Below, piece after piece: positions 41,535-51,319 of a DNA stretch of 64,000 nt. The translations under genes were made by a program, and so were the position numbers. The stretch is from assembly GCA_963698225.1 (NCBI GenBank), contig CAVOPW010000004.1, forward strand, positions 386,959-450,958, given 5' to 3'. Source of the stretch: an uncultured bacterium (GTDB taxonomy: Bacteria; Zixibacteria; MSB-5A5; CAIYYT01). How positions within the stretch are numbered: position 1 is the first letter of the stretch; each line of letters starts with the position of its first letter. The notes beneath the pieces are model-generated. The model worked only from the letters and a program-made list of their open reading frames with translations, ran no database searches and had not been told where the DNA came from.

Positions 41535-42597
41535 CTATTCGCAGATTTGCGACCACTGGCCGCGGAAGTAACCGTGGGTGGCGCCGCGACCATTGCCATT
41601 ACCTGGATGCTCTCTGGCTATCCAATTGGCGTCGAACTGGCCTACTGTAACTACTTCACGATTGTAGATTTCTCCGGCAAACCAACCCTTGTCGGTCACA
41701 TCTGGCTCGGCATCGGTGCCGTAACCCCATTCACCCTTGAGGAAGCCGCGGAACACGCCGGCCAGCGAAATCCACTTGCCGAAAAGAACTTGGGTCCCAT
41801 CGTCGCGATTGCCAAAGTGACCCCGAACATGTCCCAGCATCAGGCCGTCTTCCGAAATCCAGCGTCCTACGAACGTGCCGTGTCCGTTCTCCGAGGCCGG
41901 GCGCACCCACTTACCTTCCAGAAATCCTTCGCCACACGCGAGTTGCTCAACCTTAAATCCATTGATTGAGAATTGATTGCTGCCGACATCAATCAGTTCG
42001 CTGATCGAAGCTAACTCGGACATGCTGAAAGTCCGGGTGAAGGGACCGGACGCAAATGTGAGGGTGTTTTCGGTCGGCGATTCAGTCGGTTTCGGATCGT
42101 ATACGTAGACAAGCATTCCATCAAAACTGGGGCGGGTCTTGCTTTCGAACTCCAGAACTGTCCTTGAAACGCGCGGACGGACGATGAAGTCGCCGGCTTC
42201 GAAGCGAATCAAGCGCACAGCTATGATGGCACCGCGTTCGACGCGTCAACGAGCCGGACCAATCGGTAGTCACCGCTTCAGTCGAATCTGTTTCCAAGTG
42301 TCCCCAAAGGAACTCGACCGAGTACACATCGACATCCGGCAGATGCATGAGCGAATCAACATCTGAATGATGCCCCATCGGATCGTCGGCTTCGTCGCTG
42401 CCTTCAAGTCCGGCAATATCGGGATCTCCAAAAGCCGGTTGCTCGTTAGTAGCTTTGTAACCGCCGAAGTTGTCCGTTAGGTTGATGATTTCATCTTCAC
42501 CGGCATTAGACGCAACCTTGTCGTCGCTGCAGCTTGTGAGCCCGACAACCAACAAACCAAACATGCCCCAAAACAGAAACCTAAGTTGTGCTTTCAT
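41535..42597 (-). CDS. hypothetical lipoprotein with G-x-W/F repeat C-terminal domain, frame disruption near 42240
   Basis: ATG 42597 gives MKAQLRFLFWGMFGLLVVGLTSC (lipobox). ..TDWSGSLT continues as (R)VERGAIIAVRLIRFEAGDF.. in ORF 41535..42218. The C-terminal part repeats G.F.G.W and G.L.G...G.F motifs. Confidence 0.5.
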
Positions 42598-42998
42598 ACT
42601 TTTTCCTTCTCTAATATTTGAACGGCACGAGTCTTCTGTATAGTTGATAGTCAAACGGTGTGCCAAGTGGCGCTTTTCGAGACAATCCGGTGCAAAGATT
42701 TGAAGTGCATCAAGTTAGAATCATTGGGCATTCGCCTGGAAGCAACGAGATTGGTGTACAGAAGTAGACCTCGTGTACTTTACCGGTACAATAGTCGGAA
42801 ACGCCGCGCCTCGAGGAGTTGAGCTGCGCCGGCACACGCTGTCACAAATCGGCCTATCAGCTGGTGGGCGACGACTCGGTCTACAGTCTCTTGTTGATAG
42901 AATGCAATTTCGAGCTCTTCACCGATTTCGAAGATTTCAAGCACTACTTGCGCCCGGAATTAGTTGACGGCGAACCGTCGATGAGGCTGTGCTTCGCC

Positions 42999-45900
42999 CT
43001 ATTCTACTCCGTGACACTTCTTATACTTCTTGCCTGAACCGCAGGGACAGGGATCATTGCGGCCCACTTTGGGCATGTCACGCACTATCGGCTTATGCTT
43101 GGTCGGCATCGTTTCTTCCGGCTGCTCCGCTTGCGGCGCCACCGATTGCATTCCGGAAATACTCTCATGCACCGATGTCAATCGCGCCTGCTGCTGCTGC
43201 CGGCGCTGCTGCACCTGTGAGCGATCGACCGGCTGAAGCTTGAATACCAGGCTGATTGCGTTGCGGTCGATGCGGCCCAGCAACGCTTCGAACATCGAGA
43301 AAGCCTCTTTCTTGTATTCGATCAATGGATCGCGCTGGCCGTAGGCTCGCAGCCCGATGCCCGACTTGAGTTGATCCATCTCATAAAGATGCTCTTTCCA
43401 TTCGGTGTCAATCGTTGTCAAAAGCGCAAACCGTTCGAGTTGGCGCATCACTTCGCCGCCGAGGAATTCCTCTTTCCGGTGGTAATGCCCGATCGCCATC
43501 TCGGTCAGCTTCTCCGCCAATCCCCGGCGGGTCAGTTCCAGTAGTTCTTTCGATCTCGGGTCAAATGTAAGCAGAAACGCATTCTGGCAAGCCAGCAGAA
43601 TATTGTTCAGATCAATTGTATCCCCATCTTCGCCACTGACTGAATTTTCAATCACAATCGCTTCGGCAGTCTGCATGATCATGTCTTCGATCTCCGCCTT
43701 GTGATCGAGCTTGTCAATGATCGAATTGCGCCGGTCATAAACGGCCGTGCGCTGGCTGTTCATCACATCGTCATATTGCAGCGTGTGCTTGCGAATGGAG
43801 AAGTTCTGCGTCTCGATGCGTTTTTGCGCGCGTTCGATCGCCTTGGTGACCATGCCATGCGCAATGACTTCGCCTTCCTGGACACCCAGCTTATCCATGA
43901 TGGTGGCAATTCGATCGCTGCCGAACAGCCGCATCAGATCATCTTCCAGCGACAGGAAGAAACGCGAAGCGCCAAAATCACCCTGACGGCCGGCGCGGCC
44001 GCGCAGCTGGCGATCAATGCGCCGTGATTCGTGCCGCTCGGTGCCGATGATGTGCAAACCGAACGGCTCCTCGTCGGCGGCGAGATTCAATCCTTCGACT
44101 TCGTTGATCCGCTTAATGACGTCTTTGACTTCATCCGTGATGACTTCGCGTTTGACGGCATGCTTTTCCAGTTTGATGTCGGTACCACGTCCCGCCATGT
44201 TGGTGGCAATCGTCACCCCGCCGGCGCGGCCGGCGTCGCGGACAATTTCCGCTTCCTGCTGATGATACTTTGCGTTCAACACATTGTGCGGAATCTTCTC
44301 GCGTTTGAGCATCCGCGACAACTGCTCGGAGACTTCGACGGAAATTGTACCGACCAGCACCGGCATACCCTTCTCGTGCAAACGGCGGATCTCGTCGATG
44401 ATCGCGGCATATTTTTCCCGCCGGGTGCGATATATCTGATCCTCAAAATCAAGTCGACGAATCGGCTTGTTGGTCGGAATCACCATCACATCAAGCTTGT
44501 AAATTTCCCAGAATTCGCCCGCTTCAGTTTCTGCCGTACCAGTCATACCCGCCAGCTTAATGTACATGCGGAAATAGTTCTGCAGGGTTATCGTGGCGAC
44601 CGTCTGCGTTTCGCCTTCAACGCGCACACGCTCTTTCGCCTCGATTGCCTGATGCAAACCGTCGGAGTAGCGGCGTCCCGGCATGAGGCGCCCGGTAAAC
44701 TCGTCGACGATCAGAACCTTGTCTTCCTGCACGACGTACTCAACATCTTTTTCGTACAGCGCGTAAGCCTTGAGCAGTTGGTTTATCGCGTGATTCTTGT
44801 CGGCGCGTTCGGCGTGAAGCTTATACAACCGCTCCTTATCCGCCAATTTCTGCTCAAGCGAAAGCGACTCGTTCGAGTCAATTTCGTGAAGACCTTCCGT
44901 GATATCCGGCAGCACGAAGAGTTGCCGGTCTTCCGGCGACAGCAACTCGCGGCCCTTTTCGGTCAAATTGATCGTATGTTCTTTTTCATCGATGACGAAA
45001 TAGAGCTCCTCGTCGATCGTGTGCATCTTTTTCTCGCGCAGGATGTCGAGTTCCGCCCGCTGCGACAGCTTCTGTGCGCCCTGCTCCTTGTAGAGTTTGA
45101 GCAGCCGCTTGTTCTTCGGGGCGCCGCGCTGCACGACCAGCATCGCCGTGCCGGCTTCGTCGGCCTTACCTTCTTCAAACAGGCGCTCGGCGTCGATCAT
45201 CACTTTGTTGACGTATTCGGTCTGGCGCCTGACCAGTCGTTCAACCAACGGCTGCATTTCCATGAACCGCGGCGTCAGCGAACTGCTCTCCACCGGCCCG
45301 GAAATAATCAGCGGGGTTCGCGCCTCGTCAATGAGTGCGCTGTCAACTTCGTCAACAATGGAATAATAATGCCCGCGCTGCACGCGGAACTCGGCGGCCA
45401 CCGCCATGTTGTCGCGCAGGTAATCGAAGCCGAACTCGCTGTTCGTTCCGTAGGTAATATCACAATTGTACTCGGCGCGGCGCTCGTTGAAATCCATGTC
45501 GCGCTGCACGCAGCCCACGGTGAGCCCGAGGAACCGATAAACTTCCCCCATCCACTCCGAGTCGCGTTTGGCCAGGTAGTCGTTGACCGTGACCAGATGA
45601 ACACCCTCGCCGACCAGCGCGTTGAGGTACATCGGCATCGTCGCTACCAGGGTCTTGCCTTCACCCGTCGCCATTTCTGCGATCTTGCCCTGATGTAGCG
45701 CCAGTCCGCCAATGAGCTGGACATCAAACGGCACCATCTCCCACGACAAATCCATGCCGCAGACATCCCAGGACTTGCCGCACAAGCGCCGGCAGGCCTC
45801 CTTGACCATGGCGAAAGCTTCCGGAGCAATCTCGTTCAAGTATCCATCGATTTCCTCGCGGAAATTCTTCTTGAACTGATCCTTGTCCCAACTGCCGGCT

Positions 45901-46154
45901 TCGGCCTCTTTTCGGATCTCGGCCTTAAGTTCTTCCAACTCTTGTCTGAAATAGGCGGTCCGCTCGGGAAATCTCTCGTCGGGCCAGTCCGCCAATGTGG
46001 GGTAGATTTCATTGATGCGGGCCACAATCGGTCGAATCGACTTAATGTCGCGATCGAACTTGGTCCCGAATATCTTCTTGACGATCGAACTAAACACTCT
46101 GCGCTCTTGGTCTTCCTCGGTGATTATACTACAGAGCCGCCGGCTCTGTTTCAC
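42999..46154 (-). CDS. secA: preprotein translocase ATPase SecA
   Basis: 1051-aa ORF with DEAD-motor motifs ([14 protein letters not shown]), the preprotein cross-linking domain, the helical scaffold, and a C-terminal zinc finger [14 protein letters not shown]. The true start may be GTG at 46097 ([11 protein letters not shown]..), which fits the usual SecA N-terminus. Confidence 0.95.
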   Translation of the reverse strand: MKQSRRLCSIITEEDQERRVFSSIVKKIFGTKFDRDIKSIRPIVARINEIYPTLADWPDERFPERTAYFRQELEELKAEIRKEAEAGSWDKDQFKKNFREEIDGYLNEIAPEAFAMVKEACRRLCGKSWDVCGMDLSWEMVPFDVQLIGGLALHQGKIAEMATGEGKTLVATMPMYLNALVGEGVHLVTVNDYLAKRDSEWMGEVYRFLGLTVGCVQRDMDFNERRAEYNCDITYGTNSEFGFDYLRDNMAVAAEFRVQRGHYYSIVDEVDSALIDEARTPLIISGPVESSSLTPRFMEMQPLVERLVRRQTEYVNKVMIDAERLFEEGKADEAGTAMLVVQRGAPKNKRLLKLYKEQGAQKLSQRAELDILREKKMHTIDEELYFVIDEKEHTINLTEKGRELLSPEDRQLFVLPDITEGLHEIDSNESLSLEQKLADKERLYKLHAERADKNHAINQLLKAYALYEKDVEYVVQEDKVLIVDEFTGRLMPGRRYSDGLHQAIEAKERVRVEGETQTVATITLQNYFRMYIKLAGMTGTAETEAGEFWEIYKLDVMVIPTNKPIRRLDFEDQIYRTRREKYAAIIDEIRRLHEKGMPVLVGTISVEVSEQLSRMLKREKIPHNVLNAKYHQQEAEIVRDAGRAGGVTIATNMAGRGTDIKLEKHAVKREVITDEVKDVIKRINEVEGLNLAADEEPFGLHIIGTERHESRRIDRQLRGRAGRQGDFGASRFFLSLEDDLMRLFGSDRIATIMDKLGVQEGEVIAHGMVTKAIERAQKRIETQNFSIRKHTLQYDDVMNSQRTAVYDRRNSIIDKLDHKAEIEDMIMQTAEAIVIENSVSGEDGDTIDLNNILLACQNAFLLTFDPRSKELLELTRRGLAEKLTEMAIGHYHRKEEFLGGEVMRQLERFALLTTIDTEWKEHLYEMDQLKSGIGLRAYGQRDPLIEYKKEAFSMFEALLGRIDRNAISLVFKLQPVDRSQVQQRRQQQQARLTSVHESISGMQSVAPQAEQPEETMPTKHKPIVRDMPKVGRNDPCPCGSGKKYKKCHGVE

Positions 46155-46204
46155 CGACGGCTGGATGTGTCAATGCTTTATACGCGGGCTGGGACAGAAT
46201 GTGA

Positions 46205-46634
46205 CTACTTTGTTGTATCTTGCGGCAACGCCTGATTCGTAAGCGAATCGACCTGACCGGTCGTCTTCGGCACTCCGCCCATCATCTGCAACATCGGTCT
46301 TGCCTGTCCTAACAACCTTAGATTACTGGAGTTCTTGGCTTCACTTAACAACGCCGTCGCCTCGGCTGCGAATTTGCCCGTTGGCGCCGCCTTGAGATAG
46401 GCTTCCAGATTCCGCTATGATCTTGACATCCCATTCTTCATTAAGAATCTTGCGCATCATATCGATTCGCTCCTGACCCTTCTCGAGTGAAAAGGCCTTA
46501 TTCAGGTCATCCCACATTTGTTTGGCATCAGTGAAGAGCTTCTGGGTCTCCGGCGCTTCCGAAGCACACGATACCAATGCACCGGCCATTGCGACAACAA
46601 CAAGAATCACTAGAGCTTTGTATAGCTTATTCAC
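46205..46634 (-). CDS. hypothetical lipoprotein, frame disruption near 46395-46410
   Basis: MNKLYKALVILVVVAMAGALVSC (lipobox). ..DVKIIAE continues as (L)EAYLKAAPTGKFAAEATALLSEAKN... in another frame, down to a TAG at 46205. Confidence 0.45.
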
Positions 46635-46809
46635 GGTTCCTCCGTAGTTTTATAGCCTAACCAAAAACGGCGCTAAAGTTACGGTTTTGACATCGTTTGT
46701 CAAATCCTTTATCTCGATCGAAATCGGGTGCGAATTCGAAAACTCTGTTGTACCAGTATATGTTACAGATTAGACTAACGCTTCACATCCGATCGTTCAG
46801 GAGGTACAG

Positions 46810-47373
46810 GTGCCATCAAAATTCGTTCGATTTGGGCCGATATTTGTCTTGGCCTTATTTACGCTTTGCCAACTCATCTATTCTGCTGCCATCCTTGCCG
46901 ACAATGATAAAGCCGAAGACGGAAACGATAGTCCCGTACCGCAGCAGGCAGGAGCAAATGTCGACTCTCTTTACGCCATTGTCCAGCAAGACTTTGTGAA
47001 GCTGGAACCTATTTGGAAGAAAGCCTGCTATGATTGCCATACCGACAAAACGGATTATCCCTGGTACTATAAACTGCCATTCGTAAAAGGGATGATTGAC
47101 AAGGACATTGAGGAGGCTCGCGCCGAACTCGACATGAGCAAAGGTTTTCCCTTTGTCAGCCAGCGCAAACCAGTCGATGACCTGCGAAAGCTCGCCGCTG
47201 AAGTTGAAGAAGGCGCCATGCCGCCGGGGAAATACACTTTAATCCATTGGAGCGCCTCGTTATCGCAGGCAGAAAAAGACTCGGTTGCCGCCTTTGTCGA
47301 CAGTTCGCTCAAAATGCTGGCAAGCCACGGCATCGCACCGACGCAGCGTCAGCCGCGCCCCGAAGGCAAATGA
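46810..47373 (+). CDS. haem-binding-domain protein (single CxxCH)
   Basis: GTG start after AGGAGG, then a signal/anchor segment. CYDCHTDKTDYPWYYKLPFV resembles the Haem_bd family pattern. Confidence 0.55.
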   Translation: MPSKFVRFGPIFVLALFTLCQLIYSAAILADNDKAEDGNDSPVPQQAGANVDSLYAIVQQDFVKLEPIWKKACYDCHTDKTDYPWYYKLPFVKGMIDKDIEEARAELDMSKGFPFVSQRKPVDDLRKLAAEVEEGAMPPGKYTLIHWSASLSQAEKDSVAAFVDSSLKMLASHGIAPTQRQPRPEGK

Positions 47374-47375
47374 AA

Positions 47376-47906
47376 TTATCGTGCCCGGTAGGATAGGACG
47401 AAATACCCTACTACGCTGGCAGTGATCAGTCCCAGGTAGAAAAGCAAACTTGTCGGCTGCATCTGATTCGATTGGCCGAGTGCCACCCGGACTGTTTCAC
47501 CGATAATTCCGGCAAACAGCCAGACGATCTCCGTCTTGAGCATCGTGATGAAGGTTCGCGCCAATCGGTACTGACGTGCGGCGTTTTCCTCGGTAATCTC
47601 CCACGGATAGTTGTACAAGTGAGGAATTCTGCTTACAAATGTCAAAATGCCGTAAAGCACAACGATACCAACTCCGAGGATTAAGATCGTCTCTTTGCCA
47701 CCCCACGAATCAACTTCGCCTTTGAAGTTGAAGTGCGTTGGTATCGACGCCGGCAAAGCCGCATAATTGGCTGCCAGGTCATAAAGCCCCAGAAACATTC
47801 CGATGGCCGCCAGAATTTCCAACGCATAGTCTAATCGCGTCCGCGGAACTTTCAGCCGCGGGCGATTGCTCTTGGAAGCACTGCTATTTGTCCGCAGATA
47901 TCCCAT
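47376..47906 (-). CDS. DUF1648-like membrane protein
   Basis: 176 aa with four hydrophobic helices. PASIPTHFNFKGEVDSWG motif after TM1. Confidence 0.45.
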   Translation of the reverse strand: MGYLRTNSSASKSNRPRLKVPRTRLDYALEILAAIGMFLGLYDLAANYAALPASIPTHFNFKGEVDSWGGKETILILGVGIVVLYGILTFVSRIPHLYNYPWEITEENAARQYRLARTFITMLKTEIVWLFAGIIGETVRVALGQSNQMQPTSLLFYLGLITASVVGYFVLSYRAR

Positions 47907-47914
47907 TGTCTTCT

Positions 47915-48628
47915 CTATAGTCCCAGGAACTGAATTGCCAAGCCGCTAAGTGCAATTGTCGAACCGGCAATCGCGTGCGAAAATCGATCGAGCTTCCCCA
48001 TCGGCAATATCTTGAATCCGTACGAAGTCACAAGTACGATTGCCATCATCGTTGTGATCGTCGTCAACCCAAAGACCGCAGTTACAACTGCAACTCCGCC
48101 CATGTTGTGTTGCGAAGCCGGATACATGAGAATCGGAATCAGAGGTTCGCAGGGTCCGAGAACGAACACCGTAAAGAGTACCCATGGTGTGATATTCGCT
48201 TTCTGTCCCTCCGGATGATCATGTAGCTCGCCCGGTTGGTGCGGATGGACGTGTGTCACTCCTGCCAGTTTACCCGCCAAGTGCGTATGGGTATGAGGAT
48301 GCTTGCGCAATGCACGACGGAATCCCCACACCGCGTAGACCAACCCGAAAGCGATTAGGGCCCAGGCCGCGAGATCGCCCCGGACAGCCTCAATTGCCTC
48401 TAATTCGCCGACCGCCACCCCAAGTGCAATTCCCAGAAACCCCAAAACGACGGAACTTAATACGTGCCCAATCCCGCATGCAAACGTTATCCACAACGTC
48501 TTGACGAGCGACCAGCCTCTCGCTTTCGACATCATGATAAAGGGTAAATAATGGTCTGGTCCAATCAGAGTGTGAATGAATCCGATCGAAGCGGCCGTGA
48601 CCATCAGAATGTTGATTTCAGCAGACAT
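47915..48628 (-). CDS. NicO/RcnA-like metal (Ni/Co-type) transporter with a His-rich loop
   Basis: Start at MSAEINILMV (ATG 48628). HTLIGPDHYLPF motif, central loop HPHTHTHLAGKLAGVTHVHPHQPGELHDHPEG, and six predicted TM helices. Confidence 0.5.
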   Translation of the reverse strand: MSAEINILMVTAASIGFIHTLIGPDHYLPFIMMSKARGWSLVKTLWITFACGIGHVLSSVVLGFLGIALGVAVGELEAIEAVRGDLAAWALIAFGLVYAVWGFRRALRKHPHTHTHLAGKLAGVTHVHPHQPGELHDHPEGQKANITPWVLFTVFVLGPCEPLIPILMYPASQHNMGGVAVVTAVFGLTTITTMMAIVLVTSYGFKILPMGKLDRFSHAIAGSTIALSGLAIQFLGL

Positions 48629-48699
48629 TGGGTTATCCTCCGGATGATAAAGCAACAGATCTTCGGAGAATATAGCGGAGGGAACGGGGAAACTCTACT

Positions 48700-49329
48700 C
48701 TAATATCCAAACCGCAGGCCGATATAGGCTGCCGACGTCCGCCGATTCGGTGGATAGTCCTGCAACCACGACTCTAATTGGAAGACAAAGTGCACAAATT
48801 TTGTGTGGCTTAGAGAGAGTCCGGCCACAAGCCATTGGCGCCGATCAAGATCCTTGGAGAAATCATCCGTAGCCAAATCCATCACCACACCACCTTCCAA
48901 ATCAATCGCCGTGCCAACCCACTCCCAGAATCGATATCGGAGTTTCAAACCCATCCGCGGGCGATGTTCTTCAACCACGCCAAAACCTACCACGCCAAGC
49001 GATGCCGTTCGGGAAACATTGATCATCAGCCCAAAATTTCCCTGCGCGCCGAGCCTCAAACCAAAGTCCTCTCCATAGCTGTGGGAGCCATTACGGTGGT
49101 ACAAGTCTGTTGTTCTTTGCGAACTGACGGCTCGTACCAGCAGCCCGGCTTCTGTGACCAGGTAAGCCGAGCAGGACGACTTAGGTTTGGCTCGAAGTGA
49201 AAAAGCGTGGTGTGGCGAAGACTGCGCAACCGCCTCTGCGCTGTTCGATCCCAGTGCCGGGCGCACTGGTGAGATTGGCAACAGACCGAGAATCAAGAGG
49301 ACGACTGGGACTTGGAATCGAAACCGCAT
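48700..49329 (-). CDS. hypothetical outer-membrane beta-barrel protein
   Basis: Signal peptide MRFRFQVPVVLLILGLLPISP, alternating strands, and a C-terminal ..YIGLRFGY typical of OM barrels. Confidence 0.4.
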   Translation of the reverse strand: MRFRFQVPVVLLILGLLPISPVRPALGSNSAEAVAQSSPHHAFSLRAKPKSSCSAYLVTEAGLLVRAVSSQRTTDLYHRNGSHSYGEDFGLRLGAQGNFGLMINVSRTASLGVVGFGVVEEHRPRMGLKLRYRFWEWVGTAIDLEGGVVMDLATDDFSKDLDRRQWLVAGLSLSHTKFVHFVFQLESWLQDYPPNRRTSAAYIGLRFGY

Positions 49330-49419
49330 TTCGCTATTCGCCTTTAGAAAGTTCGTTGAGGACCGGACACCCGCCAAGCTAAGGCGAAATCGGTCCTTGT
49401 CAATACGAATCTGACACGT

Positions 49420-50630
49420 CTACTTCTTCAGCGCATCGATTGTGCGCCGAATCATCTCCGTCGAACAGGCGTACGCGAAGCGAATCGACTTTTCATCGTC
49501 GGCAAATTCCTCGCCCGGCACCGAACCGAGCGAATATCGCTCGATCAGAAAATTCACCAGGTCCCATTCCGATCCCTGCCACTGGTCGGTGATGCGTGCA
49601 TACAAATAGACGGCTCCCTTGGGTTTCATATCGCAGTGCATGAACCCGTGGCATTGACGGCGTCGAACAGCAGGTCGCGGCGAAGCTTGTATTCGGCGAC
49701 CATCTTGCCGACAGCCTCCTGGGGACCTTCCAGCGCCGCCAATCCGGCATATTGGGTGGGGGTGGAAACGCCGTTGATCGTATAGAGAATCATCTTCTTG
49801 GCATTCTCGTTGAACTCCGCATTTGTACAAGTCAGATAGCCCAACCGCCATCCCGTCATAGCATAGCTTTTTGAAAAAGTGAAGCATGAGATCATCTTGT
49901 CCTGCACGCTGCGCGGATAATCGCCGGCCAGCGCGGCGATACAATGATGCTCGCCCTCGAAAATAATGTCCTCGTATGCCTCATCGCCGATGACGAAAAG
50001 GTCATGCGCTGCGGCAACATCCAGCAGATCAAGCAAATCCTGGCGCGACATCACCGCCCCGGTCGGATTCTGCGGCGAGTTGATCAGGACGGCCTTGGTG
50101 CGTTTGCTGATTTTCGATTTTAGTTCAGTGATGTCCCAGCGGTATTCGTGTTTGCAATGCAGACGAACTGCGACCGGTACACCGCCGGCAATGCGAATGA
50201 TCCACGCGGTCGAGGTCCAGTTCGGCTGGGGAATCAGAACTTCATCGCCCGGATTCAAGATTGTGCGAAACGCACAGTACAATCCATGCATCCCGCCGTT
50301 GGTCACCAGCACTTGGTCAGGATGAGTGATGTTTGTGATGTGGTTCTTCCGCGCAACCTTTTTCACGATCGCATCCCGCAGCGGTTTGATTCCTGTTGAC
50401 GGTGCATAGTGCGTGTGATTGTCCCTGATCGCCTTGATGGCTGCTTCCTTTATGTGATCCGGCGTGTCGAAATTCGGGTCGCCCGACTCGAGGCGGAGCG
50501 GATTTGGCAGCTGCAGCAATCGGTCGCGAACAGCGACAATTCCCGAAAAGACAACAGCGGGCAATTCAAAATTCAGCCCACTGCCTGTTGCGACATCCAA
50601 GCCGCCTGCACCGTGCTCTTGTCCTTGCAT
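49420..50630 (-). CDS. class I/II pyridoxal-phosphate aminotransferase (aspartate aminotransferase-like), frame disruption near 49640-49660
   Basis: ORF 49626..50630 carries GDPNFDTP, NPTGAV and SKSYAMTGWRLGY. ..LLFDAVNATG continues as FMHCDMKPKGAVYLYARI...IRFAYACS.. in ORF 49420..49944. Confidence 0.85.
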
Positions 50631-50847
50631 AGATCGTCTCTTTCCTTATTAATAGCTCATCTATTTGCGAAACTGTTGTGGAGTATATGAACCCGCATTG
50701 AAGATTCTTCCCGAGTCTAAGATAGCCGGACGGATATCGCTCCCGAGCAAGTCTTTTCCCATTGCCAATGATGAAAATAGCCGCCAAATTGTCCCGATAA
50801 TAGCCGAGGCACAGGCAAGTACAAATAGCGAACAGCGAGGTTAAACA

Positions 50848-51201
50848 ATGGGACGACTATGGACGGTGGCGCTACTCACAGCTTCCAATTTTTTCATGAC
50901 TTATGCCTGGTATGGACACTTGAAGGACTTCAAGAACCAACCGCTCTTGATGGTTATACTGATTAGCTGGGGCATTGCCCTCTTCGAGTACTGCCTGCAG
51001 GTTCCGGCCAACCGCATTGGCTATCAGTATTACTCATTGGGCCAACTCAAAGTCATGCAGGAAGTCATCACGATGTGTGTCTTCGCCCTATTTGCTGTAT
51101 TCTACATGAAAGAAGAACTCAAACTGGACTTTCTTTGGGCGGGATTGTGCCTTGTGGGCGCGGCGTATTTCATGTTTCGCGGGACTGCCGCAGTGCAGTA
51201 A
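50848..51201 (+). CDS. DMT-superfamily small membrane protein (DUF486-like)
   Basis: 117 aa with four TM helices. N-terminus TASNFFMTYAWYGHLK. Confidence 0.55.
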   Translation: MGRLWTVALLTASNFFMTYAWYGHLKDFKNQPLLMVILISWGIALFEYCLQVPANRIGYQYYSLGQLKVMQEVITMCVFALFAVFYMKEELKLDFLWAGLCLVGAAYFMFRGTAAVQ

Positions 51202-51319
51202 ATGCTTCCGGTTTTGGTATTTTGACATTGACAATTTCGTCCATTTCTCGTTACTTGAGAGGGTACAATACATTCAATCGGGCTGCAAGGGGCACCAAGC
51301 CCCCAAAACGGGAGGTTCT

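Noticed and set aside
44031-45698. Very long antisense ORFs: 555 aa opposite secA, and also 35506-36894 opposite the kinase, 56183-57022 opposite lepA, 24640-25476 opposite cusA, and 6561-7508.
   Set aside because: They have no recognisable motifs, are R/L/H/D-rich low-information sequence, and lie exactly in phase opposite strongly supported genes. They are explained by sense-strand avoidance of TTA/CTA/TCA codons (shadow ORFs).
51152-51319. Upstream extensions of track ORFs: 51152-51319, 7800-7913, 9846-9866, 11256-11297, 20743-20808, 33507-33554 and 56903-57007.
   Set aside because: Homology, signal peptides and RBS positions all support the internal start codons. The extensions overlap neighbouring genes or lack any homologous sequence.
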